The position numbers were made by a program, and so were the translations under genes. Of a DNA stretch of 64,000 nucleotides, positions 14,695 to 25,521 are shown in pieces. The stretch lies in assembly GCA_964016885.1 (NCBI GenBank), contig OZ024743.1:281294001-281358000 (forward strand), in the 5' to 3' direction. The DNA comes from Eledone cirrhosa (lineage: Eukaryota). The notes beneath the pieces were generated by a model. That model was not told the origin of the DNA. It made no database searches and was given only the letters and a program-made list of their open reading frames with translations. The first letter of the stretch is position 1; each line of letters starts with the position of its first letter.

Positions 14695-14700
14695 TTGATA
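14606..14700. repeat. (GATA)n(GACA)n at the LINE 5' junction
   Basis: Direct reading. Confidence 0.95.
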
Positions 14701-14791
14701 GGTAGGTAGTTCGTAGGCAGGTAGGTATGTGTTGTACTCATTCTCGCAACCGCCAGTACTGAGCGTATGTATGTATATACTCTTGTTGTAT

Positions 14792-15302
14792 TATGTAACA
14801 CCTCTACTTTGTTCTTATTATATACACTCTGCTCTGCAACGAGTGCTGACATTGGTACTCTAACCAGTTTTCTACGGACTTACTGAAACTTTTGCATGTA
14901 TAATGCTCCCCCCGGGGTAGAGCACTTACAGCTGGGTACCATGGAGAGGGCTACATGCGCATCTTCTTCTGAGGACATACCAATACCGGATAACAACACT
15001 TACCTGTGGAGGATTTTACAGTACACGGACTCGTTTACATAACGGTTGCGGTGGTGTACTTACCATTGTGACCATGTCACCGCCACGGTCTATATTACAC
15101 CTGACGCTGACCCTTCGGACCGAAAGAGTTACTTCAATTCCAGTATGACCCCCCCCCCCCCCCCATGTATTTCTGCTTGAATTTGAGGGCAGACTCTTGC
15201 ATTCTTTGCGTGTTTTTATGATGAATGTATGTATATGTGTGTATTTATATGTATTTATATGTATGTGTGTGTATATATGTGTATGTATATGATTGTCTGT
15301 AC

Positions 15303-15336
<34 letters not shown>

Positions 15337-15701
15337 TTGTATGTACATGTATAATTTCTACGTGTGAGAGGGGGTGCGTAGGTATTTTAGGCATGTGTGT
15401 GTGTGTGTGTGATCACATACATTTTGTTTTTGCTTTTGTTTATAACCGTTATTATCTTGTAATGCTTGGGATACGTGCGTCCGTTGGATTCTAGGCCCGT
15501 GATTGGTCAGTCTATAGGCTTGTCTGTGTCTGGCTAGTTTGTCTTCAGATTTGATGTGATTTTTGTTGTGTTAACACTGGTCTGAGGATCGGGCAGACTT
15601 GGAGTCTGGTCTAGGGTGATGACCCCAGATCACGAGCCCTGGAAATCATTTGTAACTGGGTTAAGCAATAAGTCTCATATGTAACACCTCTACTTTGTTC
15701 T

Positions 15702-15710
<9 letters not shown>
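14792..15710 (+). mobile_element. Non-coding unit (886-bp period) with 33-bp terminal direct repeat and a hammerhead-like motif; retrozyme/PLE pseudo-LTR-like
   Basis: TATGTAACACCTCTACTTTGTTCTTATTATATA at 14792-14824 and 15678-15710, followed by (TA)n. Confidence 0.6.
15571..15664 (+). ncRNA. Type I hammerhead-like motif with branched helix II (helix III degenerate)
   Basis: TTAACACTGGT-CTGAGGA-TCGGGC[AGACT tgg AGTCT][GGTCTAGGGT gat GACCCCAGATC]..GCCCTG-GAAA-TCATTTG-TA-ACTGGGTTAA. Confidence 0.6.
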
Positions 15711-15771
<61 letters not shown>

Positions 15772-15774
<3 letters not shown>

Positions 15775-15960
15775 TGGACTGGGTCTAAAATTATTGGTTG
15801 CCACGAGATGAAGGGGGCTCGCCTACATATATCATTTGATTTTTATATTGAATAAATAACATTTTCAAAAAATACATAAGTGTAAACAAAACAGTGCAAT
15901 CAACTACGGAAATCTTATGAAAATTCATACTTATTAACCTACTTTCAAAATTTTCAAAAC
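15772..15960 (+). mobile_element. Fragment of the Tc1-type MITE family
   Basis: Homologous to 16257-16489 and 55801-56005 (GACTGGGTCTAAAA..ATTGGTTGCCACGAGATGAAGGG). Confidence 0.65.
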
Positions 15961-16256
15961 AAAATGATGTGGAGTCATTCATATCTTTCTTACGGTCGAT
16001 TTCTACTTAAGGTCGACTTCTAAATCATTTGGGTGTTCCATAAACTACATCCTCATTTTGTTTCTCATCTATCTAGACTATATTTTAACCTGTAATTCAT
16101 GTTTCATTTCTGTTGCACCTCATCCCCCTCTCTCTCTTTCTCTCTGTGATATTTGAATTTACTATGATTTGGACTTACTTTATTCATATATATATATGTT
16201 TTTGCAAGTCAGATTCAAACTTACAATGATTGGCATTATATATATATATATATATA

Positions 16257-16489
16257 CAGTGGCTGACTGGGTCTAAAAATATTGGTTGCCACGAGATGAA
16301 GGGGGCCCGTCTACATATATCATTGGATTTTTATAATGAATAAATAACATTTTCAAAAAATACATAAGTGGAAACTAAACAGTGCAATCAAATTTTTGCA
16401 GAAAAATATCTTACCTTCTCCAATAAAAAATATTATGTATTTTGCCAAATGCAGTGACTTTCAATAATGACCTTTGGTCTTTCACACTG
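16257..16489 (+). mobile_element. Tc1/mariner-type MITE
   Basis: TA|CAGTG...CACTG|TA termini inside a (TA)n tract. Three related copies in the window. Confidence 0.7.
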
Positions 16490-16520
<31 letters not shown>

Positions 16521-16558
16521 ATGTATATATATATGTGTGTGTGTGTGTGTATGTATAT

Positions 16559-16624
<66 letters not shown>

Positions 16625-16754
16625 CGAAGGAAATGTGGTAAGGAACCAGGTGGACCATAACGCACCAATGAGATTAATCACCTCATTTACACACACGAGA
16701 AAACTATATATTCTCGCCTGTCTTCTAGTCCAGCAGTCGCAAGCGGTGGGAGGG

Positions 16755-16798
16755 ACCGTCCTGACGATGGCCAGTTAAGCCTCAAATGCATAGACGGT
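16755..16798 (+). ncRNA. Minimal type I hammerhead, G12>C lesion
   Basis: ACCGTC-CTGACGA-TGGC cagttaa GCCT-CAAA-TGCA-TA-GACGGT. Confidence 0.75.
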
Positions 16799-16907
16799 TG
16801 TCCCCCTTGCTTCTGCTGGACATCACCAGAGGGCGTTAGCCCCCCGGTGTTTGCATAGCTACGGCTTCCTAAAACCGTATTTCTTTGGAGATACGAAATA
16901 TTTATAC

Positions 16908-16962
<55 letters not shown>

Positions 16963-17068
16963 AAAAAGTATGACTCCGACAGCAGAGCTGAAGCCGTTTC
17001 GACTGCTATTTCTGGACTGTCCAGAGTCGAAACGGCTTGAGCTCAGCTGTCGGGGTCTTACTGGTTCC

Positions 17069-17114
<46 letters not shown>

Positions 17115-17307
17115 ACAAAGGAATTGTGGTAAAGAACCAGATGGACCATAACGCACCAGAGTACTCAATACTTAGGGTAGTAGAGTGGGAAATAGGAAAA
17201 AGTATGACCCCGACGGCAGAGCTCAAGCCGTTTCGACGGCTATTTCTGGACAGTCCAGAAATAGCAGTCGAAACGGCTTCAGCTCTGCTGTCGGAGTCAT
17301 ACTTTTT

Positions 17308-17352
<45 letters not shown>

Positions 17353-17461
17353 GTATAAATATTTCGTATCTCCAAAGAAATACGGTTTTAGGAAGCCGTA
17401 GCTATGCAAACACCGGGGGGCTAACGCCCTCTGGTGATGTCCAGCAGAAGCAAGGGGGACA

Positions 17462-17505
17462 ACCGTCTATGCATTTGAGGCTTAACTGGCCATCGTCAGG
17501 ACGGT
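17462..17505 (-). ncRNA. Minimal type I hammerhead, inverted copy of 16755-16798
   Basis: Exact reverse complement, same CAAA lesion. Confidence 0.75.
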
Positions 17506-17647
17506 CCCTCCCACCGCTTGCGACTGCTGGACTAGAAGACAGGCGAGAATATATAGTTTTCTCGTGTGTGTAAATGAGGTGATTAATCTCATTTGCATAT
17601 GAAGCTGCATAAGTTGGCTCAACTTAGAATAAAAAGTGGTGGTAGGG

Positions 17648-17691
17648 ACCGTCCTAACGATGGCCAGTTAAGCCTGAAATGCATAGACGGT
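17648..17691 (+). ncRNA. Minimal type I hammerhead, G5>A lesion
   Basis: ACCGTC-CTAACGA-TGGC cagttaa GCCT-GAAA-TGCA-TA-GACGGT. Confidence 0.75.
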
Positions 17692-17857
17692 TGTCCCCCT
17701 TGCTTCTGCTGGACATCACCAGAGGGCGTTATCCCTCCGGTGTTTGCATAGCTACGGCTTCCTAAAACCGTATTTCATTGGAGATACGAAATATTTATAC
17801 AAATTGTATAAAGCTATGCTTGAAGTGAAATCCTATTTCTTTTTTATATATATGTAT

Positions 17858-18355
<498 letters not shown>

Positions 18356-19145
18356 TTTTAATCTTATAGCCTGGTTTAATTGGTTTTTTTGTGTTGTTGA
18401 TTATGCTAATTGGGAGAGGAAATTGAGTATATATCTTATCAAATGATTCTAAGGACATAATTTATAGTATATTGCTCTGATTATTTAATTTATTAATTCA
18501 TCATTGAGCCACATCGTGAATGGTTGCCAAAAACATATCTATGACTTTGTCTAGTTTGTGTATATGTAAATCTTTATATTTGATAATCTCCCATAAGGTT
18601 GAGATGCAATTTAGGCAATATTAGGCTGCGCTTTCTAGCAACCAGCCTTCTAGCCGTAAGGCACCAATCACATTCTTTCTGACTTGACCACTGCCACGTC
18701 ACAGTTCTTAGCCATTTTGAATTCGTTTCTGGCGGGGATCATTTAAGAAAAATCTTTGTCCAAGTGAGTTTGTTTCCTGATGAGTTCGAAGCTCGAGAAT
18801 TTATCGTTGATAGGATATTTCCGAAAGCGAACGAAACCCTACAGGGTAGAAACGTAATCCTGGTATGTGTATATGCATTTTTTCTTCTAACTTTAATTTT
18901 ATACCTAATTGTGTATGGTTGACGATATATTTAATCGATTTCCACGTGCTATTGAAATGCTGGGTAAATATTCTATGGCTATTGATCGTGAATATGTGGC
19001 TATCGTTTATTTACCTATTATTTCTTCACATGTGTCTTTTAATCTTATAGCCTGGTTTAATTGGTTTTTTGTGTGGTTGATTATGGTAATTGGGAAAGGA
19101 AATTGAGTATATATCAAATGATTCTAAGGACATAATTTATAGTAT
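18356..19145 (+). mobile_element. Non-coding unit (681-bp period) with about 110-bp terminal direct repeats and an intact hammerhead; retrozyme/pseudo-LTR-like
   Basis: 18356-18470 is repeated at 19037-19145 with a few substitutions and a 5-bp indel. Confidence 0.7.
18772..18853 (+). ncRNA. Canonical type I hammerhead ribozyme with expanded loop II
   Basis: GTTTC-CTGATGA-GTTCG(39 nt)CGAAC-GAAA-CCCTACAGGG-TA-GAAAC. All core nucleotides and three helices are intact; predicted cleavage after GUA at 18848. Confidence 0.92.
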
Positions 19146-19164
19146 TATATTATATATATATATT

Positions 19165-19343
19165 GGCAGTATCGGTAGAGGGTCGGATGCCATGCTTTCC
19201 AGCATAGTTACGTCCCTTTACGATCTGAGTTCAAATCCTGCCAAGGTTGACTTTGCCTTTCATCCTTACGGGGTCGATAAAATAAAGTACCAGTATGCAC
19301 TGGGTAATTGCTGGCCTTGTGCCTAAAGTAGAAACAATTATAT

Positions 19344-19345
<2 letters not shown>
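19165..19345 (+). mobile_element. tRNA-derived SINE (Nin/Deu-like central domain)
   Basis: Box A TGGCAGTATCGGTAG, box B GAGTTCAAATCC, core GACTTTGCCTTTCATCCTTACGGGGTCGATAAAATAAAGTACCAG, ATT tail. Multiple copies in the window. Confidence 0.85.
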
Positions 19346-19381
<36 letters not shown>

Positions 19382-19539
19382 TAAATATACACGGGTGTGT
19401 ATGATTGTGTATAGAAGATTATATTAATAAAAGGAATTCCAACTTTGTCTGATTAACTCGTTTTATTTACAATCCTTTAAAATTTATAATGATATTATAA
19501 TGAAATAGTGTGATACAATATTAAATGTTAAGTGTTAAT

Positions 19540-19578
19540 TGAACAAGTACTTTCATGCTTTCGCAATCTTCAGGTTCA
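19540..19578 (-). ncRNA. Minimal type I hammerhead (39 nt)
   Basis: Minus strand UGAAC-CUGAAGA-UUGC gaaa GCAU-GAAA-GUAC-UU-GUUCA, with a GNRA loop II and palindromic helix III (AGUACU). Confidence 0.82.
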
Positions 19579-19624
19579 TAATGTGTGGTGACAGTCAAGT
19601 TTGCAATTTTCAAATATATATATA

Positions 19625-20493
19625 CGAGGTGTGTCAGAAAAGTTCCAGGATTGATGTCACAAAAGAATTATTTCAAACCCAAACTTCACACATAGAGTTT
19701 TCTCCTTCAGAGTAATCCCCCTAGAGTCTAATGCACTTTTCCATCCTTTTCTGCCACGCTTGCATACACTCCTGGAAGGATTCTTCCGGGATCCTCCGCA
19801 GTTCCATCGTCATGGCCTTTTTGATGTCGTCCACGTCTTCAAAACTGGTCCCCTCCGGGTCGTACTCGAAGATCCATAACTCATCACCGGTGATGACTGT
19901 CCCTAGCAAGTCTGGTTCGGTTTCAAGACGCACGAGGATGTCCTGGCACACTTGCATGCGTCGACCCTTCTGGTCATCGTTCAGCAGTTTTGGCACCATC
20001 TTCGCGCAGACTTTCGCATGTCTAAATTTTCAGTGAGAATCTTCCAGGCGCTGTCCCGATTCATTCCAGCTCATTTGCCATCAGTTGAACAGTCAGCCGA
20101 CGATCGCTACGCACCATCTGCGTGACGCGCTCAACGTTGACCTCAGTCCTGATTGTTGAGGGCCTTCCGCTCCTGGGGTCATCTTGCACCACTCAAAAAC
20201 ATCATTTCATCTCCATACACTTGCTGCGCAATCCCAGTGCTTCTGATGGAGTTTTCCCCAACCGTACCAGAAACTTCAAGTTTGTTCGTTGCTCTGTGCT
20301 CATTGCTTGACGACCTGAAACAGAGGACATGTATATAAAATTATGAAGAAAAAAGTTTGATCGCTGCAGAGAGCTAAGATTACAGTTACATACTCCAGGG
20401 GGATTACTTTGAAGGAGAAAACTCTTAGTGTGAAGTTTGGGTTTGAAATAAATCTTTTGTGACATCAATCCTGGAACTTTTCTGACACACCTC

Positions 20494-20494
<1 letters not shown>
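19625..20494 (-). mobile_element. Internally deleted mariner transposon
   Basis: TA|CGAGGTGTGTCAGAAAAGTTCCAGGATTGATGTCACAAAAGA TIRs. Transposase remnants EQRTNLKFLVRLGKTPSEAL, DDPRSGRPST, VPKLLNDDQK, ITGDELWIFEYDPE, WQKRMEKCI; the catalytic middle is deleted. Confidence 0.93.
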
Positions 20495-20559
<65 letters not shown>

Positions 20560-20659
20560 TAGTATATATATATACACACGCGAACATTTCTTAGGAAAGG
20601 ACTAATAAATATTTATTTTACTTGCAATACTGTATCGTTTCGCTATGTATACATTGTAT

Positions 20660-20745
20660 TATTTTTTTTAAGACGATGGGGTGTGATTTGGTTTAGATTT
20701 AACTGTTGTTTCTAGCAGATCAAGTGACTGTATAGAGTCATCCTC
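20660..20745 (-). mobile_element. Fragment of a second dispersed repeat/SINE family
   Basis: Reverse complement (CTGCTAGAAACAACAG..CAAATCACACCC..TCTTAAAAA) matches 58775-58850. Confidence 0.5.
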
Positions 20746-20859
20746 TTGATATCGTTGTTGATAATGAAAATGATAATGCTGTTGACTGTGGTGGTGATAC
20801 TGATGGAGATGTAACTGCTATTATTTGTCCCTTTACAGTCTGAGTTCAAATCCCGCCGA

Positions 20860-21030
20860 GGTGGTGGTGGTCGTGGTGGTGGTGGTTGTGGTGGTCGTGG
20901 TGGTGGTGGTGGTGCCAAATGGCATGATGATGATGGTGATGGTGGTCGTGCCAAATGGCATGATGATGATGGTGATGGTGGTGGTGCCAAATGGCATGAT
21001 GGTGGTGGTGGGAGCATCAGTTGTATATAT
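20860..21030. repeat. Short (GGT/GAT)n tract with GGTGCCAAATGGCATGATG units
   Basis: Its right end (GGTGCCAAA..CATGATG..GGGAGCATCA.TTGTATATATG) recurs at 33180-33240. Abuts a SINE fragment at 20830-20862. Confidence 0.85.
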
Positions 21031-23037
21031 GTTTTCTCTTTCTCTTAATTTCGAGTATATTTTTTTGACCGGCCACCTTCCTGGTGGCAAGGTTGTAAAA
21101 GAAAAGAAATTGTCATCCCTTGAATCGCAAGAATGTTTTGCAAATTTTGAAGGTGCCAGCTTTCGCAGCCATTTGCAGACTATGAATTAGGGAGCTGCGC
21201 TTTTTGTCCGCAAATCCAAGTTCAGTCATACTTTGGTCCAAGCGGGTTGGTATATAACCCGTAGCACTAATAATGATGGGTATGAAGCTAAAAGTGTATC
21301 TTGGATACTGGATTTGTAAACTCCTCATTAATGGTCCGTAGATGTCCTCCTTCTCCTGTATTTTTCTGACAACGTTTACATCAAGTGGGCAGCTGATCTC
21401 CACAACAGAACACGTTTTCAATGTGTGGTCCCAAACTACAATATCAGGCTGGTTGTGCTTTAATTTGGTGGCAGTTTTTATTTTCAGGTTCCACCAGTAT
21501 TCCTTAGTGCCATCTGTCTCAATATATTCTTCCTCGTTTGTTGTTAATTTTGTTTTCCGAAGTGCGTTCTAGATGGTTCTAGCTATCCCATCGTGTCTCA
21601 TGGGGAGGTAGTAGCGAGATGACATTCTTTCGCAGCTGGCAACAATGTGGCTTACATCCTCGATCTTTGTTTTACATAGCCTACATTTATTGTCAGCTGC
21701 TGGCCCTCCTCTTTTGTGCAGCAGATATTTGGTAGGGAGTTCTTGTTCCTGTATTGCATAGAGATATCCCTCAAGGTGTGATGTCATAAACTTGTCGGAA
21801 CTCCATGCCAGGCTTTTTGAGTGGTTTATCCTCTCTATGGTCTGTGTTTTACGCCTCAAGTATCCATGCACGACTTTTTCTGTAAATTGGTCAATTTTCT
21901 TATCTTGTTTGAACATTGAATAGGATCTTCCGATTTCTCTGGGTGAGAGATTTATATCAGGCTTTATTCCATATCTCTCCTCCAGATCAGTCGCTATTCT
22001 AATGATATTTCTTTTTTCATGCTCATAAACCTGGGCAAGATGGTTGCCAACCTTTTTCCTCTGTTGAAGGTGTTGCTTCAGTGTTACTATCCGGGTCTCA
22101 TATGTTGTTAATATTGATTTTAGACCCCGGCCACCTTCCTTGCGTGAGAAGTATAGCCTATCCACATCACCATTGATGTTAAAGTTGCCAGTAACACTGA
22201 GAAGTTTTCGAATTCTAACATCCATCTCACTTAGTTCTTGCAATGACCAGTTCAGTAGGCCAAATGTTGGCGTTAGAATTGGCACAGCATAAGTATTGTG
22301 GGCAATGTATTTGTTGTATGCTGACAGTTCTGATGACCATATTTTCTTTACTCTTCTGAGGTATTCAGTTCTGGTTCTCTCCTTATTTATGGGTCCATCA
22401 TATCTGACATTCTCATCCTGTCCAAGATATCTGTAGTTGTCACCTGACTGCAGAGGTTGTATTGTCAGGCCGTTCATCTCTAGATTTCTAGAGGAGGGCA
22501 CAGCTCTTCCACGTTTTACTGCCAAATATGCACACTTGGACTCACCAAATTTCATTTTGATGTCGGTTGAAAATTGTGTAATGAGGTCCAATTGTTTCTT
22601 GATGTCATTGATATTTGGCCCATACAACTTCAGGTCATCAACAAAGAAAAGATGGGAGATACTTCTGGGCCCACTTCTTTGTCCACCTTGTTTCCTGAGT
22701 AGGTAAGATAGTGGAGTCAGTGAGAGAACGAAGAGTAGCACTGACAAGCTATCACCCTGAAAGATGCCCTTCTGGTAATGTATCTTATCAGTCTTAACCT
22801 GCTCCTTCTCACCTCTAAGGATCAAATTGGTGTAACAGTTCTTGGTCAGGCGTTCAACAGCAGCTACCAATGGTTGTGGGACTTTAGCTAACTGTAAAGC
22901 CTTAATAATCCACCCATGAGGTACACTATCAAATGCTTTTTGATAGTCCAGCCACACGACAGTCATGTTTCTGCGATTCTTTGTTGTTTTTTCCTGAATC
23001 ATTTTGTTAGTTATGTTTTTTCCTGAATCATTTTGTT
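21031..23037 (-). mobile_element. 5'-truncated R4/Dong-type (RLE) LINE, copy 1
   Basis: WLDYQKAFDSVPH, GIFQGDSLS, FFVDDLKLY, CRLC..HIVASC, RHD, PDIVVWD..EISCP (restriction-like endonuclease). In-frame stop at 21569; ORF end 21113. Confidence 0.88.
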
Positions 23038-23093
23038 TATGTATGTATGTATGTATCTATGTATGTATGTATGTATGTATGTATGTATGTATG

Positions 23094-25464
23094 TTCTTCT
23101 GGTTTTATAATTTCACAAAGTTTTACCAATAGAGAGAGAGTCGGTTTCTAACATAGACACAAGACTCTCTCATTGGAATTTACACATCAACTAGGTAGAT
23201 ATGTATGTATGCATGCATGTGTAGATATGGATGTTATTGTATGTGTGGATGTGGATGTTTTGAGTTGTATGTGTGCATGTGTATATGCTTTGTATCTGTA
23301 CATGTGTATATGCAGTTATTAGATGCAAAATTTTTGGAATGTTTTACATATTTTAACTATTCCATTAATGGATTGTACTTGTAATTTCCTAACTAGTTCT
23401 GTTCTTTCTGTTCCTGTGAAGCCTAGCTTCTCAAGATTTGTATTGAGGCAGTTACTAACATATCCCAGTGCCCCAACAATCACAGGCATAAATCTGAAGG
23501 TGTAATCAGAGTGGAGTATCTGCAGATTTCTCATCAGTTCTGCATAAATATTTTCCTTTTCACTAATCTTTGATATTATATTGGCATCTGCTGGGCAGCT
23601 AATTTCCACTACTGTGCATGTTTTCTTCTCCCTGTCCCATATCAAAATATCTGGTCTGTTATGCCTGCATTTAATTGGGTTTTTACTGGAACATTCCACC
23701 AGTACTCTTTCATATTATGTACATGGATGTCTTCCACATTGTTGTAGTTTTAATGTGTTTATTATCGGGGCTATCTTTTTTACGAACTGCATTGTACAGT
23801 GTTTTGGCCACTACATCATGCCTCATAGGTAGATAGTACCGCGATGACATCTTTGGGAAGCTGCTGATAACATGGGTGATATCCTCGATGTTAGTTCTGC
23901 AGAGTCTGCACTTGTTATCACATCTAGGTGTTTTGCCTGCATCCCTATCTCTTTTGTGAATCAGGTATTTCATGCTAATCTCCTGTTCTTGGATTGCAAA
24001 AGCGTATCCTTCAAAGTGGGAGCCAATATAGCGGTTGTTGGTCCAAGATAGACTACTTTCCTTATCTATATTACTCTCACTTTGGAGCTTCCTGGAAACA
24101 TATCCATGCATGATTTTTTGCTGATAGACATGCAGTTTTTCATCCATGGATTCACTGCGATACTGCTGAGCGACATCCCTGGGTGTGAGTTTTTGATTAT
24201 CACACAGGGAATATCTCTCAAGGAGTTCCTTCCCAACTCTCATGATCTTATCTGTTTCATGCAGATAGACTTGCTCGAGAAGCGGGCTCCTACGCTTCGA
24301 GGTTCGTAGATGTTGTCGGAGAGATATGATGCGACATTAAAATGTTGTCTGGACTGATGTTAGGCTTCTGCCTCCCTGCTTACGTTTCAAGTAAAGGCGG
24401 TCTATGTCACTGTTGATGTGGAAGTTTCCGGTGTTGTTCAGTATTTTTCGAGTTCCAACATCAACTGCTCGGATTTCGTCTATCGTCCGATTGAGTATTC
24501 CAAACGTTGGTGTTAGGACAGGAACAGCAAACACATTGTGAGCCACTTTTTTGTTTTGCGCAGAGAGTTCCGATGACCAGATCTTTCTTAATCGGGTGTA
24601 GTATTCCCTGGTTACGCGTTCTTTATTACAGATACCATTATAGGATATGTTCTTATCTATCCCCAGGTATCTGTAGCAGTCCTCATCAGATATCGGTGAA
24701 ACAGTTAGACCATTGATGACAATGTTGCTAGATTGGGTTGTTGTTTTTCCCCGCTTTACAGTCATGTATGAGCATTTATCCTGGCCAAACTCCATTCCTA
24801 TATCCTTTGAGAACGTTGTAACCAGGTCAAGATTTTTCTTCATCCCATCCATGTTCTTGGCATAGAGTTTCAGATCGTCCACAAAGAAGTTATGGGTTAG
24901 GTTCGTATTTCTGTCCTCCTGTGAGCCAATGATGTATCCCTCACATTTCTTGAGCAGAAAGGACAAGGGGTTTAATGACAAGATGAACAATATCACAGAG
25001 AGACTGTCCCCCTTAAATATACCCCTGCAATATTTTATTTTATCAGTGAAAATAGAGTCCTCCCTCTCTGTCTTTAACCTTAGGATAGTAGCCCAAGAAG
25101 AAGACAGCCTCTCTATGGCTCTGACAATAATGTCTGGGACTTTAGCAAGTTGGGGAACAGAATCGAAAGCTTTCTTGTCGTCCAGCCAGACTGTACTCAT
25201 ATTCCTCCTAAGTTGTCGCACCTCCGACATCGCAGTTTTGTTGATTAGGAGTTGTTCAGCACATCCCCAAACCCCTTTCTTTCCAGCTGCTTGTTCATCT
25301 GTGATGATGTTATTATTTTCACAGTGATCTTGGAGGAATAGGTTCAGGCAGGCTGTATACATCTTATACATCAGGTTCTGGCATGCAATGGGTCGGTAGT
25401 TTTTTGCCAAGTGGGTGTCTTTGTTCTTGGGGACCAGTAACGTTTGTGCTAATGTCAATCATTC
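23094..25464 (-). mobile_element. 5'-truncated R4/Dong-type (RLE) LINE, copy 2 (different subfamily)
   Basis: NYRPIAC, KKAFDSVP, GDSLS, FFVDDLKLY, CRLC..H, RHD, RPDILIWD..EISCP, with several stops/frameshifts. (CATA)n at both ends. Confidence 0.88.
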
Positions 25465-25521
25465 TGTATGTATGTATGTATGTATGTATGTATGTATGTA
25501 TGTATGTATGTATGTATGTAT

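Larger units (their letters stand above)
16620..17805. mobile_element. Nest of inverted and direct PLE-type terminal repeats
   Basis: 16667-17025 is inverted at 17245-17593; third direct copy 17640-17800; palindrome 17192-17312; direct repeat 16620-16668/17110-17158; contains hammerhead motifs. Confidence 0.75.

Noticed and set aside
19165-19250. tRNA gene
   Set aside because: A and B boxes belong to a SINE head; no cloverleaf, and it continues into a repeated SINE body.
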